From a virus, in IMG/VR virus record IMGVR_UViG_3300039210_000318, positions 9,095-73,094 of that record: a DNA stretch of 64,000 nucleotides; one strand, 5' to 3'. Both the position numbers and the translations under genes were made by a program. The stretch's first letter is position 1, and every line of letters begins with the position of its first letter. The notes beneath the pieces were generated by a model. It made no database searches. It saw only the letters and a list, made by a program, of their open reading frames with translations, and was not told the origin of the DNA. Positions 19,703-28,572 of this stretch are shown piece after piece.

Positions 19703-19731
19703 TTTGATATACCGTAACGCTACGGTATGCT
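19703..19731 (+). promoter_or_regulatory. Sigma70-type promoter with TACCG-N8-CGGTA operator upstream of the RAMP gene
   Basis: TTTGAT-ataccgtaacgctacgg-TATGCT, same architecture as the other conserved promoters. Confidence 0.7.
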
Positions 19732-19785
19732 AGCAGCGCCGGGAATTGCCCCGGCGCCAACAATGCCAAAGAAAGGCAACCCCCC

Positions 19786-20490
19786 ATGGCCCTCCCAGAC
19801 GGTTTCCCAGCGGTCCCCCTGACCCCGGAGGAGGAGGAAGACGTCGACCTCTACGAGCGGTACGACGTCATGCTCCACATCCGCGAGCGTATCACCGGGG
19901 GGGTCCCGGCGAACCCGGAACTGCTCTCCGGTTTCCTGCGCGGTAAAGGCATCAGCAGCGAGCAGGCCCAGGCCGAACTGGCAGCCAAGATGGCGTCCGA
20001 TATGGACGCAACCTTGACGGAGGAAATCGAAAGCAAGACCTCCGTCTTCTACCGCTCCGGCGGCACCGGTGGCCCGCTATGCACCAAGGAGTTTGCCATC
20101 AAGGCATGCTTGAAAGAAGCCGGCGTAGCGTCCGGTTACATGAGCGCCGGGGGAATCCGGCAGCCCATGCAGCATGGGGTGTTCATCAAGCCTCTGCACA
20201 TCTTGCTGCGACGCGAGGACGGCAGTTTCTACCTGAAGGCTGATGGCACCGACGAGAAGGTGACCCACACCATGGGACCGCGCGGCCCGGTGAGTGGCAT
20301 CAGCCGCTTCGAATATGTGCGCGCGCCGTACCTGCGCTTCGAGATCTGGGTCCGCGCGTCCTACAAGCAGAAGCCGACCGAGCAGCAGCTACACATCATG
20401 CTGCGCACGGCCAAAGAAATTGGCCTGGGAGCCAACCGGACCATGAGCGAGGGGAAGTTTGACCTCCTCCACTTCGCGGCGCTCGCATGA
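19786..20490 (+). CDS. Stand-alone RAMP/Cas7-like RNA-binding protein
   Basis: 234 aa; N-terminal strand followed by ITGG.P; FYR..AIKACLKEA helix; C-terminal G-rich loop IGLGANRTMSEGKFDL typical of RAMPs; no other cas genes in the window. Confidence 0.7.
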   Translation: MALPDGFPAVPLTPEEEEDVDLYERYDVMLHIRERITGGVPANPELLSGFLRGKGISSEQAQAELAAKMASDMDATLTEEIESKTSVFYRSGGTGGPLCTKEFAIKACLKEAGVASGYMSAGGIRQPMQHGVFIKPLHILLRREDGSFYLKADGTDEKVTHTMGPRGPVSGISRFEYVRAPYLRFEIWVRASYKQKPTEQQLHIMLRTAKEIGLGANRTMSEGKFDLLHFAALA

Positions 20491-21973
20491 GCGCCGCCAC
20501 CACCCGCGCCAGCGCGACTAACCTGACCAAACCACCCCGTTCCCAGGCGACTATCCCGTCCAAGTCCTGGCGCACCGGAGCGACTAGCCATCCCTCGCCC
20601 TTCCCCGGCGACCATCCGTTGCATGCCTTACCCTTCCCCGCCAGCGCGACGAGCCAGTCCATTCCACAACCAATCGACCATCCGTTCCACGACCTTGCCA
20701 TCCTATGCGACGTGCCGAGCCTATCCGAATCATTCCCGCGCGACGAACCCAACCATGCCTTCCCGGGCCCGCGCAACGAACCTGGCCGAACCCTCCCTGG
20801 CCGCCCCTGCGCGACTACCCGACCCGGACCCTTCCAATCCGGTGTGACAATCCAGACCTTTGCATTCCCCGGCGACTATCCGTTCCAGACCTTGCTCATC
20901 CGTCCCGCGCGACAATGCCAGCCTATCCTCGACGCCGAGACGAGCCGATCCTATCCCATGCTCATCATTCCCTGCCGGGGCGACTATCCCTCCCTACCCA
21001 CCTCACGCCGGTGCGACTTTCCACGTCATGCCCAATCAGGACTCAGCGACTTTCCGTCCCAAGACAGCCCGACCCCCGGCGACAACCCTAAACCAGCCGG
21101 GCCAATCCGGGGCGACAACCCAGACCTTGCCCACCCTCGCCGTCGTGACATGCCTACCCTGCCAGGCCCACGCGACATTCCAACCCTTTCCTTATCCGGC
21201 CAGCGCGACACACCTAGCCACCCCCGACCGCCGCGACGATCCGGCCCTTGCCACACCGGCGCGGAGCGACATGCCACGCCTGTAGCACGCCAGTCCATGG
21301 CGACTATGCCGGCCACTCCCGCCCGATACTTTCCTGGGCGACAGTCCACCCTACGCCTCTCCCTGCCCTGCCCTGGAGACGGCCCAAGCCAGCGCCACCC
21401 TCCCCATGCCATCGGGACAAGCCAAACCCCCCCTTGCCTGGACAGGGCGACTTCCCAGCCCATCCCCACGCAGACCCAGGCGACGATCCCGACCAACCCC
21501 ATACCCGGCGACAAGCCTCATCCATCCGGACCACTCCTTGGCGACTTCCCATTCCACCCCCTCCCAGGCCAACCCGGTGCGACAAGCCCGCCCGGTCTAA
21601 TCCTCTCCCCGGCGACAAGCCGCCTCGATCCAAGCCTCCTCGCTACGCACCGGCGCGACAATCCTTATCCCACCTGCCCAACGCGACGCGACTGTCCATC
21701 TCACTCCAACCCCGCTCCCCCCTACGCGACGAGCCAAGCTAGCACCATCCAAGCCACGGCGACTACCCATCCCCATACGAGACACCCCAAGCCCGGCCCG
21801 CGCGACGAGCCTATGCGAACCCATCCCTGGCGACGAACCCAGCCATGCCTTCCCTACCCTGTCCACGGCGACGAACCCGCACCCGCCTTCCCCAGCCATC
21901 GTGACGATCCCGTCCAAGCCTTCCCTGACCGGACCTCTGTGACAACCCGCGCCAAGCCACGCACCCCTACCCT
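20491..21973 (+). ncRNA. Pentamer-periodic guide-like array: units of GCGAC + (NNN-CC)x4-7 + NNN, with 43 anchors
   Basis: Anchors counted by hand from 20514 to 21939; 39 of 42 intervals are 28/33/38/43 nt; the variable triplets differ between units; starts immediately at the RAMP stop codon. Confidence 0.75.
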
Positions 21974-22008
21974 GGGGGCCATCAATAGCAAAAGGAAAGG
22001 AACCACCA

Positions 22009-23061
22009 ATGGGAGACAAGACCTCCATCGCCTGGACAGCCTCCGTAGACGCCAGCGGCGCGACCACGCCGGGCTCAACCTGGAACCCGCTGCGCGGCAC
22101 GGTGGGCAATTGGACGTGCGTGCGCTGGTCTGCCGGCTGCGAGCACTGTTACGCCGAGAGCCTTAACAAGCGCTTCGGTGGGCCCGGCTACACCACCGGC
22201 GCCGATACCCCGCGCCTGGACGAGCGCATCCTGGAGCAGCCGCTACGCTGGCGGCTGCCGCGCAAGGTCTTCGTCGGCAGCATGACCGACCTGTTTGAGC
22301 AGCGCATCCCCGACGAGTGGATCGCCCGAGTGTGGGCGGTCATGGCGATGGCGTCCGGTCACACCTTCCAGGTGCTGACCAAACGCCCCGAGCGCATGTG
22401 CCTCCTGCTCGGCAGCAGCACGTTCCAAGCCCTCGTCACCCGGGCCCTGCACGAGCACCGCCACCCCAAGGGGTGGTACCTGGAGGGGGTGGGCGCCTGG
22501 CCGCTGACCAATGTCTGGTGCGGCACCAGCATCGAGCAGGACCGTTGGACCGGCCGCGCCGACGTCCTTCTGCAGACCCCGGCGGCGGTACGGTTCCTGT
22601 CCCTGGAGCCATTGCTAGAGCCGTTGCCCTCGCTGCGGCTGGGGGGCCTGGACCACCTGGACCGCGAGTACCGCAGCCAGATTGGCAAGGGCATGTTCAA
22701 TAGCGATCAGGTCGATAGCCTGCGCCGACCGGTCATCGATTGGGTGATAGTAGGCGGCGAGTCCGGACACGCCCCGGACTCCCGTTCTCTGGTAGAGGCC
22801 TGTGATCACACGTTCGGCGTGGTCTTTGTCAACGGCGTGCAGCAAATCAGCATCGCCCCGCCGAAGGACTGCCTAATCTGCTACGGCACCGGTTGGCGTC
22901 CGAAGCCGTGGGCCGAGAAGGAGGCAAAGCGCCTGCGTCTCTTGACACACCTGGCCGATGGGGCGTTCTTTTTTAAGCAGTGGGGGGGACCGCGCAGCCA
23001 TTCCGGCGGTCGCATGCTGGTCGGCCGGGAGTGGTTGGAGTTCCCTAAGGGGACGCTATGA
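22009..23061 (+). CDS. Phage Gp37/Gp68 (DUF5131) radical-SAM-like protein
   Basis: TWNP..C..SAGCEHCYA, FVGSMTDLF, QVLTKRP, RFLSLEPLL, WVIVGGESG and FFFKQWGG motifs. Confidence 0.92.
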   Translation: MGDKTSIAWTASVDASGATTPGSTWNPLRGTVGNWTCVRWSAGCEHCYAESLNKRFGGPGYTTGADTPRLDERILEQPLRWRLPRKVFVGSMTDLFEQRIPDEWIARVWAVMAMASGHTFQVLTKRPERMCLLLGSSTFQALVTRALHEHRHPKGWYLEGVGAWPLTNVWCGTSIEQDRWTGRADVLLQTPAAVRFLSLEPLLEPLPSLRLGGLDHLDREYRSQIGKGMFNSDQVDSLRRPVIDWVIVGGESGHAPDSRSLVEACDHTFGVVFVNGVQQISIAPPKDCLICYGTGWRPKPWAEKEAKRLRLLTHLADGAFFFKQWGGPRSHSGGRMLVGREWLEFPKGTL

Positions 23062-23267
23062 AACGCGCGCGGGCTATTGACCACAACCCTGACCGCCTCC
23101 GCTGTGTCGTCTGCGGGGACAGCGCCGGGCTGGCCAGGCGTCAGGAAACCTTGGTCGGCATCGTCTGCGAGTGCTGTTTCGAGGGAGCGGACGGCGCTCC
23201 CTATTGGGCCAACTGGAAGATTTCGCTGACACCCGGCCAGCGCACGACGTTGAGGAGCATGCGATGA
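23058..23267 (+). CDS. Small C4 Zn-finger protein
   Basis: CVVC..CECC; ATGA-coupled to both neighbours. Confidence 0.5.
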   Translation: MKRARAIDHNPDRLRCVVCGDSAGLARRQETLVGIVCECCFEGADGAPYWANWKISLTPGQRTTLRSMR

Positions 23268-23707
23268 GAGCCATCAGCTTTAGCTGGACCAGTGCCGCCC
23301 TGGTCGCCGGCCACAAGACGGTGACCCGGCGCGTCTGGGACGAGCGGTACGCCATCGGTTTCCACCAGGGGGACATGGTAGAAGCGTTCGATCGACAGCC
23401 GCGCTATGGCGGCACGTGCATCGCCCGCATCCGTGTCCAACGGCTGACCTACGAGGCCATGAGCGTCATGCCGGACTATGACTACGAGGGGGAGGGACAC
23501 GCCTTCTACGACGCCCACCCGGAGTTTGCGCCCAAGCAAATCTCCGGGCAGCGCGTCCTGCCCGGCCAGTTCAGCCGCCTGTCCTTCGACTTCTGGCGGC
23601 GCAACGGCACGAGCATGTGGGTGCTGCGCTTCTCGCTGGAGGAGATCGAGACGGACCTGACGCCTGTGCTGCAACGCGCGGTAGAGCTACGCCGGCTACC
23701 GGCATGA
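23264..23707 (+). CDS. ASCH/PUA-like domain protein
   Basis: ISF..LVAGHKTVTRR, EGEG and WVLRF motifs. Confidence 0.7.
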   Translation: MRAISFSWTSAALVAGHKTVTRRVWDERYAIGFHQGDMVEAFDRQPRYGGTCIARIRVQRLTYEAMSVMPDYDYEGEGHAFYDAHPEFAPKQISGQRVLPGQFSRLSFDFWRRNGTSMWVLRFSLEEIETDLTPVLQRAVELRRLPA

Positions 23708-23756
23708 CGCCGTACTACTGCAACCCGGCCGGCGACGTGACGCTCTACCTGGGGCT
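23704..23756 (+). pseudogene. Orphaned 5' end of an amino-methyltransferase gene
   Basis: MTPYYCNPAGDVTLYLG resembles the start of the downstream MTase (VKPYYENDDIGVRLFLGD); it is cut off by the homing endonuclease gene. Confidence 0.55.
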
Positions 23757-24237
23757 ACTCAATGCGCCGGCGAGTGTCGTTCAACAGGCGCAATCTACGC
23801 CAAAGTTCCAGACGCTCCTCCGTGATTTCCGGGGACAGGCGCGTACCACGCACCCCGACCCGGATCGTCCGTTGCTCGGCACGCGGCCGGTCCTTGGAAG
23901 CCCGAAGGGCCAAAGCGAGATCTGCCCGCTCTCCTTTGACGCGGAGATAGGGGCGGACGGCCGAGAGAAATTCCGCTGCCTTCAGGCAGGACACCCTCCA
24001 CTCATACATTGGACGCCAGTTCGCGGTTCCCCTTTTCCTCAACCGGAATTCGCCGGGCCACAAGGCGGCGAATATCTCTACGGCCGCGCTCTCTGTCTGC
24101 CCAACCTCAGCAGACTCACTGAAGGTGTAAGAGTTCGGCCACCTGATATTGGTAGCTTGCCGACGAATCGTCACCGACCCATCGGCATCAAAGACCCCTG
24201 CCAGATAGGCCAGGGTCACCTGGTTCTTTTCATACAC
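23755..24237 (-). mobile_element. Free-standing single-motif LAGLIDADG homing endonuclease
   Basis: LAYLAGVFDADGSV and FL..VRPYLRVK motifs; antisense to the operon; GAAGGAA RBS. Confidence 0.85.
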
Positions 24238-24287
24238 GCCCGTCGTTCCTTCCTCTCACATTATACCGGGGTATGGCGGGGTATATC

Positions 24288-24974
24288 GTGAAGCCTTATT
24301 ACGAGAACGACGACATCGGGGTACGACTGTTCCTCGGAGATGCGCGCAGCGTCCTGGCCGACCTGGCGCCGGTAGACGCCATCATCACCGACCCCCCCTG
24401 GCCCGGCGCCAAACCGACCGCCGAGTGGACGGACGATCCCGCCGGCCTCTTTACCGAGACCGCCGTCCACTTCCCCCGCCTCGTCGGCCCGGGTGGCCGG
24501 CTGATCGTGCAGCTTGGCAGCGGTACCGACCCCCGCATGCTCAACGGCATCCCGCCGAGCTTGCCCTTCGTGCGCGTCTGCTGGCTACGCTTCTCCGTGC
24601 CGCGCTACCGGGGCACCCTCCTGGACGGCGCCGACGTCGCCTACGTCTACGGTGGCATGTGGCTCGGCGCGCCGGGGAAGCGCGTCATGCCGGGGGAGGC
24701 CAACGCCACCAGCAGCGATGCTGGCCGGCGGCGCCGCTACCTGATCCCCCACCCCTGCCCGCGCCGACTGGAGCACCTGGAATGGTTGGTGTACCACTTC
24801 ACCAAGCCGGGCATGACGGTGCTCGATCCCTTCGCCGGCAGCGGGACCACCCTTGACGCCTGCCGCCGTCTCGGCCGGCCTTGCATCGGCGTGGATACCA
24901 GCGCCCCCTACCTCGACAGCATCATCGAGCGCATCGAGCGTCAACCGCTCCTGCCCCTGGATATGACGGGCTAG
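24288..24974 (+). CDS. DNA N6-adenine/N4-cytosine methyltransferase (beta class)
   Basis: IITDPPW, HPCPR and VLDPFAGSGTT motifs. Confidence 0.88.
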   Translation: MKPYYENDDIGVRLFLGDARSVLADLAPVDAIITDPPWPGAKPTAEWTDDPAGLFTETAVHFPRLVGPGGRLIVQLGSGTDPRMLNGIPPSLPFVRVCWLRFSVPRYRGTLLDGADVAYVYGGMWLGAPGKRVMPGEANATSSDAGRRRRYLIPHPCPRRLEHLEWLVYHFTKPGMTVLDPFAGSGTTLDACRRLGRPCIGVDTSAPYLDSIIERIERQPLLPLDMTG

Positions 24975-25020
24975 TACCAACGGCATGGGCCTGACATATA
25001 CCGTTACGCTACGGTATAGT

Positions 25021-25458
25021 ATGGCAGCGGCGCTGGACGCCGCGACGAGGAGGAAGATGGAACTCACCGGGTATCACGGCCTGACGCAGAGCATATATCT
25101 TTGCGGACCCTGGCGCGGGCGGGCCATGTACGTGTCCTTTGACCGCTCCCTGGCGCTGGCGGTCGCCAAGTACGGCGGCGTCTACGCCGTGCGCTACGAG
25201 GCATCCTGTCCGCTCGTCCTCGACACCCCGGCTCTGTTCCGGCACACCTGGGAGGCTTCCGGCGCGCCGTTCCCGCGCGTTTTCAGCACGCAGCGCCGAC
25301 GCCTTGAAGACTACTGCCGCAAGCGGGGGTCAGACGCCATCGTCCTGCCCGCCTCGGCCTTCGGGGGGGAATATGGGTACGCCTGGGTGGCCGGGCTCTT
25401 CGGAGAGCCGCAAGCCATCCTGCTCGCACCGGAGCGGGCGGTGCTCACCCCATGCTGA
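25021..25458 (+). CDS. Hypothetical protein (possible ADP-ribosyltransferase-like fold)
   Basis: GYHG..YVS..A..YG pattern; has its own conserved promoter at 24992-25020. Confidence 0.4.
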   Translation: MAAALDAATRRKMELTGYHGLTQSIYLCGPWRGRAMYVSFDRSLALAVAKYGGVYAVRYEASCPLVLDTPALFRHTWEASGAPFPRVFSTQRRRLEDYCRKRGSDAIVLPASAFGGEYGYAWVAGLFGEPQAILLAPERAVLTPC

Positions 25459-26855
25459 CCTTTGCCGACCTCTGCTGCGGCGGGGGTGGCGCGACCATGG
25501 GGGCCATGGCCGCGGGCCTCACCCCCATCTGGGCGATTGAACACGACCCGGCGATAGCCGAGGTGTACCGGTCCAACCTGGGCGACCATATCATCGTCGG
25601 GGACGTGGCAACCCAGGACATTGCCGCCCTGGAGCCTCCGGACGTGCTCTGGGGCAGCTTCCCCTGTCAGGCGCACAGCATCGCCCGCTCGAAGCACATG
25701 GCCGAGCGCACGGACGGCGACCTGTCCCTCTGCATCCTCGACTACGCCCGCCTCCTCACCCCCTCCGTGATTGTCCTCGAAAACGTGCCGCCCTGGATGC
25801 GCGCACCGGTCTATGGCGAGATCGTGGCGGGCCTCTCGGCGCTGGGCTACTTCGTGGACGGACGGCTGGTAGACGCCAGCCACCACGGCGTGCCGCAGTC
25901 GCGCCGGCGCGCCATCCTGCGGGCCACGCGCGGTACCCTGCTGCCGGCGCTGCCCCCCCGGCTACCCGCCCTGGGCTGGTACGACGCCGTAGCCGACCTG
26001 CTGCCTGACCTGCCGGAGACCAGCTTTGCGCCGTGGCAGTTGCAACGGCTGGTCGCCTCCGGCCGCTCCTTCGTGCTCGACGGCGGCTACAGCAGCGCCG
26101 ACCGGGGCACCGACGAGGACGGCCTCCCCCTACCGCGCGGGGCTACCCGGCGCGAGCAAGAAGAGCCGCTTTTCACGGTAACGGCGACCCTCACCAAACG
26201 GCCCATGCGGGCCTTCCTGGTTGAGCAATCCCAGGTTGGACGCGCAGCCACGGTGCGCGAGGTAGCAGAGCCATCCGCGACCATCCAGGCATGGCATGGC
26301 CGACGCCCCGGCAACGCCCCCCGCGCCTATCTCGTGCATAACCAGATCAGCGAGGGAGCCAACGCCCCGGTGGTGCGCGAGGACGACGAACTCGCCCCGG
26401 CGGTGACGATGCAGAGCGGCGGCCGGGTGCGGGCCATGCTCATGCAGATGAAACATACGAGGAACGAGTGGGGGGACGGTACCCGCGACGAAGCCGACCC
26501 GGCCTTCTCGGTGCTCACGGACGGCAAGCCGTCCCACCAGCCCAAGGCGTTCCTGACGCACCCGACGGCCATGAACCCCCGCTTCACGATCCGGGAGGAA
26601 GGGGAGGCGTCTCATACCCTGACCTGCACGACCAACCCCACGCGGGCCTGGATCGGCCAGGGTAGGGTAGTGGCCCTCTCCCCGCGCTGCCTCGCCCGCT
26701 TCCAAACGTTCCCGGACAGCTATATGCTGCCCAAGGGCAACGGCCTTGCCGGTCGCATAATCGGCAACGCCGTGCCGGTACGCCTCGCGCAACGCATCCT
26801 CGTCGGCCTGGTCGCCGACTTGGTACAAGGGCCAGAGAAGGAGCACACCGCATGA
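25452..26855 (+). CDS. DNA cytosine-5 methyltransferase
   Basis: DLCCGGGG, SFPCQ, ENV, QSRRR, RFQTFPDSY and GNAVP motifs. Confidence 0.93.
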   Translation: MLTFADLCCGGGGATMGAMAAGLTPIWAIEHDPAIAEVYRSNLGDHIIVGDVATQDIAALEPPDVLWGSFPCQAHSIARSKHMAERTDGDLSLCILDYARLLTPSVIVLENVPPWMRAPVYGEIVAGLSALGYFVDGRLVDASHHGVPQSRRRAILRATRGTLLPALPPRLPALGWYDAVADLLPDLPETSFAPWQLQRLVASGRSFVLDGGYSSADRGTDEDGLPLPRGATRREQEEPLFTVTATLTKRPMRAFLVEQSQVGRAATVREVAEPSATIQAWHGRRPGNAPRAYLVHNQISEGANAPVVREDDELAPAVTMQSGGRVRAMLMQMKHTRNEWGDGTRDEADPAFSVLTDGKPSHQPKAFLTHPTAMNPRFTIREEGEASHTLTCTTNPTRAWIGQGRVVALSPRCLARFQTFPDSYMLPKGNGLAGRIIGNAVPVRLAQRILVGLVADLVQGPEKEHTA

Positions 26856-27377
26856 CCGACTACCCTGAGGGGACCAGGGGGCTGATACCGGGTAGGCAGC
26901 CCCTGCCGACGACACCCCCACCGCCCGCCCCCCCCGGCGCGCGGTCTCCACACCGACCCGGCGTTCCGGGTCAAGACACGGGGCCTGCTCAACGCCGACG
27001 ACGATGGCACCTGGATGGCGGTCAACTGCGTGGACGCGGTAGCCATGCTAGACGACGTCGACCACCTCGAACGACTCCTGGCGACGCTCAACCGGACGCA
27101 ACGGACCCACAGCGCCGAGTGCTGGCGCTGGCACCAGCAGTGCGCAGTAGAGGAAATCGAGCGTCTCCTTGCATTGGCGCACCCATGACCGTATCAGAAC
27201 GGCGCGCGCGTACCGCGCTACACGCCTGCTTTATCGCTGATGGCGGACTGGCCGAAGCCCACCGCTGCCTCGCGGCAGAGCCGCAAGACGTACAGGAAAT
27301 GCGCGCCGTGGGCGCCCTGCGCGCCAGCCTGGCCGAGACCGTAAACCGCCTCAACGCCGTGTTGCGAGGCGCCCCCC

Positions 27378-27830
27378 ATGGCTAATACCGTCAAGAATTA
27401 CTCGACCATCATCACGGTCAAGCAGACCATCGGGGAGGTGCTCGACCTCCTGATCGCCCACGGCGCCGACCAGGTGATGCTGCGCCCCGGCAACGCCACA
27501 GAACCCGCTCGGGTGGGCTTCAGCCTCGCCACGGCGCACGGCCCGGTGGGCTACGTCATGGTGGTCGAGGTTGACGCCGTGCTGCGCCGGCTGCAGCAGC
27601 AGCGCGAGAAAAACTCCCGGCTCCCCATCCCCAGCCGGGACCAGGCGGCGCGCGTGGCCTGGCGCACCCTGCAAGATCTTCTCGAAGCCCAATTGGAGAT
27701 GATCGCCAACGGGCTGGCGCACGCCGACGAACTATTCCTGCCCTTCCGGCTCGTAGACGCCGCGGGGACCACGGTCTATCAGGCGTGGCAGCAAGGCAAC
27801 CTGGCGTTGCCGGAAGGGGGGCACCAGTGA
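27378..27830 (+). CDS. Conserved phage hypothetical protein
   Basis: NYST..QAARVAWR..LEAQL..ELFLPF; operon-coupled. Confidence 0.6.
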   Translation: MANTVKNYSTIITVKQTIGEVLDLLIAHGADQVMLRPGNATEPARVGFSLATAHGPVGYVMVVEVDAVLRRLQQQREKNSRLPIPSRDQAARVAWRTLQDLLEAQLEMIANGLAHADELFLPFRLVDAAGTTVYQAWQQGNLALPEGGHQ

Positions 27831-28210
27831 GTACAGCGGACGTAGCGGTAGCAACGGAGGAGGCATGGTGCGTAGAGCTCGAGCGCCACGGCGCCATGGC
27901 ATGGCGCAAGGGGGGCGACCAGTCTGCCCGTTTCAACCGGGACATATTCGGCCTGTTCGACGTGCTGGCCCTCACTGCGTTCGACACGATCCTGAGCCAG
28001 GTCAAAGCTACCCGCTCCGTGCCGCGCCCCACGCGCGAGTGGTGGGACGTGTTCCTGTCCATGCCGCACCCGCCCAACCTGCGGTGCTTATGGGTCTGGC
28101 TCACGCCGGAAGGCGTGTGGCAGGTCTGGATGCTGCCGCCGCGCATGACCGAGACGCAGCGCAAGGGCATTATGCTGCCGCAGGTCTGGCCCCCGGTGGG
28201 TGGCAAATGA
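27827..28210 (+). CDS. PD-(D/E)XK nuclease / Holliday-junction-resolvase-like protein
   Basis: E..LE..G..DIFGLFDVLAL..QVK motif. Confidence 0.6.
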   Translation: MSTADVAVATEEAWCVELERHGAMAWRKGGDQSARFNRDIFGLFDVLALTAFDTILSQVKATRSVPRPTREWWDVFLSMPHPPNLRCLWVWLTPEGVWQVWMLPPRMTETQRKGIMLPQVWPPVGGK

Positions 28211-28572
28211 GCCTGCGCGCTGCCGTCCTGGCCGTGCTCCTATGCTGCGCGCTGCCGGCAGAGTCGGCCCGGGCCGACGACTCCTGGCAGCCGGCAGAGC
28301 CGACGTGGGGCAGCGTTACTGCCTACTGCGACCAGGGAGTGACGGCTTCCGGCGCGTGGACGCGCTGGGGCACGGCGGCGGGAGCGGGGTGGCTCCCGCT
28401 CGGCTCTCTGGTATGGGTGCCCGGTTACGGCACCGTGCTCATCACCGACCGGGGGCAGCCAGGCCTGTTTATCGTGGACATAGCAGCCCCCGGCGCCTGC
28501 GGCTGGGCCTGGCAGTGGGGCAGGCAATGGTTGCCGGTGTCCGTAGAAAGGTGGGGATGGGGTTGGCAATGA
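28207..28572 (+). CDS. Secreted 3D-domain (MltA-like) cell-wall protein
   Basis: Signal peptide; VTAYC, TASG, LPLGS.V.VPGYG, DRG and VDI motifs. Confidence 0.8.
   Translation: MSLRAAVLAVLLCCALPAESARADDSWQPAEPTWGSVTAYCDQGVTASGAWTRWGTAAGAGWLPLGSLVWVPGYGTVLITDRGQPGLFIVDIAAPGACGWAWQWGRQWLPVSVERWGWGWQ

Noticed and set aside
20491-21973. Canonical CRISPR array
   Set aside because: There is no 23-47 bp identical direct repeat. The constant part is only 5 nt and the 'spacers' have an internal CC period.
20487-22166. 559-aa Pro-rich ORF spanning the array, with its ATG overlapping the RAMP stop
   Set aside because: The periodicity is 5 nt and many unit lengths are not multiples of 3. The C-rich strand is naturally poor in stops, the translation is featureless, and it overlaps DUF5131 by ~160 nt. 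It is probably a by-product, though translation cannot be fully excluded.
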